A stretch of DNA of 64,000 nucleotides from contig JBBRPR010000012.1 of the NCBI GenBank assembly GCA_038227875.1, forward strand, positions 32,001-96,000. Reading direction: 5' to 3'. Numbering within the stretch: position 1 is the stretch's first letter; each line of letters starts with the position of its first letter. This document shows positions 59,964 through 64,000 of this stretch, in pieces. Source of the DNA: Planctomycetota bacterium (lineage in GTDB: Bacteria; Planctomycetota; SZUA-567; H5-PLA8). Under the pieces are notes generated by a model. It was not told the DNA's origin. It searched no databases and saw only the letters and a list, made by a program, of their open reading frames with translations. The position numbers and the translations under genes were made by a program.

Positions 59964-61241
59964 ATGCCGGCGAAATACATCCGTGGTTTGAAGTGCCGCG
60001 AGTGCGGACGCCATTACGAGAGCAAGCCCGTCCACGTCTGCGAAGTCTGCTTTGGGCCGTTGGAAGTCGACTACGACTACGAACTGATTGCCAAAGACGT
60101 GTCGCGCGAAAAGATCGCATCGCGTGACCGCAACATGTGGCGCTACTCGGAATTTCTCCCGCTCGACCGCGAACCGGCCGTCGGCAAGAACACGGGCTTC
60201 ACGCCGCTGATCAAGGCCGACCGCCTGGCCAAGCGCCTGGGCCTGCGCGAATTGTGGGTTAAAAACGACGCGGTCAACTATCCGACGCTGAGCTTCAAAG
60301 ACCGCGTGGTCTCGGTGGCCATCAGCAAAGCCAAGGAATTCGGCTTCACCACTGTCGCTTGCGCAACCACCGGCAACCTTGGCAATTCCGTCGCCGCGCA
60401 GTCCGTCCGCGCGGGGCTGGAATGCTACATTTTCATGCCCGCGAACTTGGAACAGGGCAAGATCATCGGCACCAGCATCTACGGCGTGAACGTCGTCGGC
60501 ATCAGCGGCAACTACGACGGTGTCAACCGCCTCTGCAGCGAAATCGCGGGCAAGTTCGGCTGGGCGTTTGCCAACATCAACATGAGGCCTTTCTACGCCG
60601 AAGGCAGCAAGACGATGGGCCACGAAATCTGCGAACAGCTCGGCTGGAAAGCGCCTGACAACGTTGTCGTGCCGATGGCCGGCGGCAGCCTGATCTGCAA
60701 GATCGACAAGGCGATCCATGAATTCCAGAAGACCGGCCTGATCGATAAGAACAGCCGCACGAAAGTCTTTGGTGCGCAGGCCACCGGCTGCAATCCAATC
60801 ACGCACGCCGTCAAGGAAGGCTGGGAACTGTTCAAGCCCACCAAGCCCAACACGATCGCCAAATCGATCGCGATTGGCAACCCGGCCGACGGTTTCTATG
60901 CGATCAAGACGATGCGCAGCAGCGGTGGCCACGGCGAGGACGTGACCGACGAAGAATTGATCGACGGCATCAAGCTGCTGGCCGAGACGGAAGGCATCTT
61001 CACCGAAACCGCCGGTGGCGTGACCGTCGCGGTGACGCGCAAGCTCGTCGCGCAGGGCCGCATCGATCCGAATTCGTCGACGGTGATCTGCATCACCGGC
61101 AACGGTCTGAAAACTCTCGACGCTGTCGTCAACAACGTCTCCAAGCCCGACGTGATCGAAGCCAAGCTGAGCGAATTCGAGAAGCTCATCACCGTGCTGA
61201 AGGAACGTACGGCCAGCCAGCATGCGGTTGCCGCAAAGTAA
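59964..61241 (+). CDS. thrC: Threonine-synthase-like PLP enzyme with N-terminal Zn ribbon (candidate sulfur-transfer/homocysteine synthase)
   Basis: CRECG..CEVC, PTLSFKDR, ATTGN, EGSKT, SIAIGNP, ITGNGLK. GGGAGG before the ATG at 59964. Confidence 0.85.
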   Translation: MPAKYIRGLKCRECGRHYESKPVHVCEVCFGPLEVDYDYELIAKDVSREKIASRDRNMWRYSEFLPLDREPAVGKNTGFTPLIKADRLAKRLGLRELWVKNDAVNYPTLSFKDRVVSVAISKAKEFGFTTVACATTGNLGNSVAAQSVRAGLECYIFMPANLEQGKIIGTSIYGVNVVGISGNYDGVNRLCSEIAGKFGWAFANINMRPFYAEGSKTMGHEICEQLGWKAPDNVVVPMAGGSLICKIDKAIHEFQKTGLIDKNSRTKVFGAQATGCNPITHAVKEGWELFKPTKPNTIAKSIAIGNPADGFYAIKTMRSSGGHGEDVTDEELIDGIKLLAETEGIFTETAGGVTVAVTRKLVAQGRIDPNSSTVICITGNGLKTLDAVVNNVSKPDVIEAKLSEFEKLITVLKERTASQHAVAAK

Positions 61242-61324
61242 TTTCGAGTACGGAAAGAGAATTTCGCGCGCTCCTGGGATACCCAGGAGCCAGAGCCACG
61301 AGCTAAACGCCAGGAGCCACTCCC

Positions 61325-61897
61325 ATGTCCGTTAAAGTCCGTATTCCCGACGTACTGCGCAAGCTGACCAACGGTTCCGATCTCGTCACGGTGGAAGCGT
61401 CGACCGTCAAAGAGATGATTGATGCGATCGAAAAAGCGCATCCAGGTCTGAAGGAACGCATCTGCGACGAGCAGGGTAATGTGCGCCGCTTCATCAATAT
61501 CTTCGTCAACGAGGAAGACATTCGCTTCGACGACAATCTGAACACGAAGCTCACCGCCGGCGCGGACGTCTCAATCCTTCCGGCCATCGCAGGCGGCAGC
61601 AGCAAGGCCAAGCCCGCGGCGAAGGAATCGAAGGAAGCTGCACCACCACCGGCCGAATTCGTGCGCCGCGTCTACCTGACCTTCAACCGCGAGCAGTGCA
61701 CGCAGCCGATCATCTATCATATGGTGAAGAAATTCGACGTGGTCCCGAACATCCGCGGCGCGTCAGTCACTGAAGACCTCGGCATCATGAGCGTCGAAGT
61801 CAGCGGCACCCGCGACAACGTCGAGAAGGCGCTGGAGTGGGTAAAGAAACAGGGACTGAAGGTGGATCCGATTGAGATGAATGTGGTGGAGCCGTAA
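61325..61897 (+). CDS. MoaD/ThiS/CysO-like sulfur carrier fused to a NIL domain
   Basis: VKVRIP..LR...RRFINIFVNEEDIRF...ILPAIAGG, an Ala/Pro/Lys linker, then RVYLTF...PIIY...FDVVPNIRGASV...ALEW...GLKVDPIE. Confidence 0.85.
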   Translation: MSVKVRIPDVLRKLTNGSDLVTVEASTVKEMIDAIEKAHPGLKERICDEQGNVRRFINIFVNEEDIRFDDNLNTKLTAGADVSILPAIAGGSSKAKPAAKESKEAAPPPAEFVRRVYLTFNREQCTQPIIYHMVKKFDVVPNIRGASVTEDLGIMSVEVSGTRDNVEKALEWVKKQGLKVDPIEMNVVEP

Positions 61898-62038
61898 ACG
61901 TGGACTCACTCGATCGCGCCGAAGCGATGGTGGGAGGCCTGAAGTTCAAGTCTTAGCACCGGGACAAACATTGCTGCATGCCGCGAGAATCGATTTCGCC
62001 GGCCACACGATTGCTTTAAATAAACCCGAGACACTGCC

Positions 62039-63094
62039 ATGTCAATCGAACGCTACAACCGCCAGATACTCCTCCCCTTCATCGGTGAAGAGGGCCAGAA
62101 AAAAATCTCCGCGTCCACCGCCGTCGTTGCCGGCTGCGGTGCGCTCGGCACGGTGATCGCCAATGTTCTCGCGCGCGCGGGTGTCGGAAACCTCCGCATC
62201 ATCGACCGCGACTTCATTGAAGAGAGCAATCTGCAGCGCCAGGTGCTCTTCGATGAACAGGATTGCCGCGAGAACATGCCCAAGGCCGCAGCTGCGGAGC
62301 GCAAGGCCAAACAAATCAACTCTGAGATCAACATCCAAGGCATCGTCACGGATATCAATCCGGCGAATGTCGAAGAGTTGATCAAGGGCGCGGACGTCGT
62401 CGTCGACGGTGCGGATAATTTCGAGACACGGTTCGTGCTCAACGACGCCTGCGTGAAGCACAACATTCCGTGGATCTACGGCGCCGCCGTCGGTTCAACG
62501 GGCATGACCATGACCATCATCCCCGGCCAGACGCCGTGTCTGCGCTGCCTCTTTGAAACCGCGCCGCCGCCGGGAATGACGCCGACCTGCGATACCGCCG
62601 GTGTGCTCGGCGCCGTCACGGGTCTGATCGGAAATTATGAAGCGGCCGAAGCGCTGAAAATTCTGGCCGGCCGCCGCGAGGCGATCAATACACGGCTCTA
62701 TTCGATCGACCTCTGGTCCAGCGAGATGCATCAGTTCAAGATCGCCAAGGCCCGCGATGTCGCCGATTGCCCGTGCTGCAAGCGCCGCAACTTTGAGTTC
62801 CTCGAAGGGCAGGGAGCCAGCACCACGACCGGGCTCTGTGGACGCAACGCCGTTCAGATCAATCCGCGCAACGGTTCGAAGCTGGACCTGCAGGACCTCG
62901 CCAAGCGCCTGCAGGTGGCGGGCGGCTTGACCAACGTCAACGCCAATAAATTCCTGCTGAAGTTCAACGCGCCCGGCGGCGACGACGGCACCGGTCTGGA
63001 GATCACCGTGTTTCCCGACAGCCGCGCGATCATCAAGGGCACGAAAAAAGTTCCCGACGCGCGCACCGCGTACGCCAAGTACATCGGCGCGTAG
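62039..63094 (+). CDS. ThiF/MoeB-family adenylyltransferase (E1-like), no rhodanese domain
   Basis: RYNRQ, GCGALG, DRDFIEESNLQRQ, DNFETR, CLRC, TCDTAG, CPCC, LCGRNAVQI. Confidence 0.92.
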   Translation: MSIERYNRQILLPFIGEEGQKKISASTAVVAGCGALGTVIANVLARAGVGNLRIIDRDFIEESNLQRQVLFDEQDCRENMPKAAAAERKAKQINSEINIQGIVTDINPANVEELIKGADVVVDGADNFETRFVLNDACVKHNIPWIYGAAVGSTGMTMTIIPGQTPCLRCLFETAPPPGMTPTCDTAGVLGAVTGLIGNYEAAEALKILAGRREAINTRLYSIDLWSSEMHQFKIAKARDVADCPCCKRRNFEFLEGQGASTTTGLCGRNAVQINPRNGSKLDLQDLAKRLQVAGGLTNVNANKFLLKFNAPGGDDGTGLEITVFPDSRAIIKGTKKVPDARTAYAKYIGA

Positions 63095-63103
63095 CCGATT
63101 TCC

Positions 63104-63487
63104 ATGCCTGCCGAAAACGATCCCGCGGAGTGGGTGAGCAACGCCGCCTACTTGCGCGGGATCGCGTTGTTTAACCAGCACCTATTCTGGGAAGCCCACG
63201 AAGCCTGGGAGGAAATCTGGCTGGAAGTCGACGGCGTTCAGTCCGACTTTCTTCAGGGCCTGATTCAATCCGCCGCCGCGTTCCTGAAATACCGCCGCGA
63301 CGAGCCTGCGCCCGCGCTGCGACTCTACAACACCGCCAAGGAAAAACTCGACCGTTGCCCTGATCTTTATATGGGACTAAAGGTCCGTGAATTTCAGTCC
63401 GCGATGGCCGCGGCGCTTGCGCCGGTGATCACCGGGCCCTATCAGCCGCTTGAGGCGAATTCGATTCCTCAAATCACCACGGGCTGA
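63104..63487 (+). CDS. DUF309 domain protein
   Basis: GIALFN..FWEAHEAWEEIW, FLQGLIQ. Confidence 0.85.
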   Translation: MPAENDPAEWVSNAAYLRGIALFNQHLFWEAHEAWEEIWLEVDGVQSDFLQGLIQSAAAFLKYRRDEPAPALRLYNTAKEKLDRCPDLYMGLKVREFQSAMAAALAPVITGPYQPLEANSIPQITTG

Positions 63488-63598
63488 AGGCAGATCCTGT
63501 CCCCAATCCCAGTCCTGAAAATCCGTTCCGGCGTTGAAGCCAATTCGCTCGCGTTATACACTGAGTTACAGAGACGAAGGGACACCTAAAAAAGGAGC

Positions 63599-64000
63599 AT
63601 GCCAAGAGTGAATTCAAACTACGAACGCTTGATGCCGAAGAACGACGACGACGAAGAGGGGAAGCCGAAGCCGGAAACTCCAAAGTCGGAAAATCTGGAG
63701 CTCAAGCTGCTCGAGAGCCGCACGATCCTGGTCGAAGGCCCCGTCAACGACAAGATGTTCCACGCGGCCGTGGCCCGGCTGCTGTACTTGGAACAAAAGG
63801 ACCCGAAGGCGGAAATTACCGTGTTCGTCAACTCGCCCGGCGGCTCCGCGGACAGCGGTTTCGGCATCTATGACACCATGAAGTTTGTGTCGTGCCCGAT
63901 CCGCACGATCTGCACCGGACTGTGCGCCTCGGCTGCCGTGGTAATTTTCCTCGGCGGATCGAAGGGCAAGCGCTACACGACTGCCAATTCGCGTTTCCTG
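63599..64000 (+). CDS. clpP: ATP-dependent Clp protease proteolytic subunit, 3'-truncated by window edge
   Basis: Manual translation gives RLLYLE, FVNSPGGS, IYDTMKF, GLCASAA, NSRFL. AAGGAG upstream. Absent from the ORF track because there is no stop in the window. Confidence 0.93.
   Translation, partial: MPRVNSNYERLMPKNDDDEEGKPKPETPKSENLELKLLESRTILVEGPVNDKMFHAAVARLLYLEQKDPKAEITVFVNSPGGSADSGFGIYDTMKFVSCPIRTICTGLCASAAVVIFLGGSKGKRYTTANSRFL

Noticed and set aside
61325..63094. MoaD plus ThiF as a molybdopterin/thiamine operon or a ubiquitin-like antiphage system
   Set aside because: No moaE, thiG, E2 or CD-NTase genes; the SAM riboswitch and PLP enzyme point to sulfur amino acid metabolism.
1..64000. 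tRNA, rRNA, integrase, transposase or prophage genes
   Set aside because: None recognised by eye; a tRNAscan/Rfam/ISfinder run would be needed to exclude degenerate copies.

Overview
GC-rich bacterial chromosomal segment. A Planctomycetota/PVC origin is inferred from gene style only (PilM-PilN fusion, enlarged pseudopilins, Zn-ribbon/Pro-rich PrsW, FHA-GAF-HD). In order, it contains: split glycine decarboxylase gcvPA/gcvPB; a 1883-aa C39-peptidase-TPR protein; a repeat-rich accessory patch with SUKH-like and DUF5076-like genes; a lolE/lolD-like pair; FHA-GAF-HD and PrsW signalling genes; a beta-propeller phosphoesterase; two tandem DUF3494 ice-binding-type proteins; a 9-gene T2SS/T4P-like operon with giant minor pseudopilins and no local secretin or motor; a porin-urtABCDE-ureD-ureAB-ureC-ureF-ureG urea locus whose urease looks plant/fungal-type and lacks ureE; nanA-like/gntR, a GT1 glycosyltransferase, mgtE and a dienelactone hydrolase; a SAM-I riboswitch heading thrC-like, MoaD-NIL fusion, ThiF/MoeB and DUF309 genes; and partial clpP. 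The best candidate new systems are (i) the SAM-riboswitch-controlled sulfur-carrier pathway whose ubiquitin-like carrier has its Gly-Gly capped by a NIL domain, and (ii) the pseudopilus tip built from a repeated phage-tail-like module. All family calls come from motif recognition by eye; no database searches were run.
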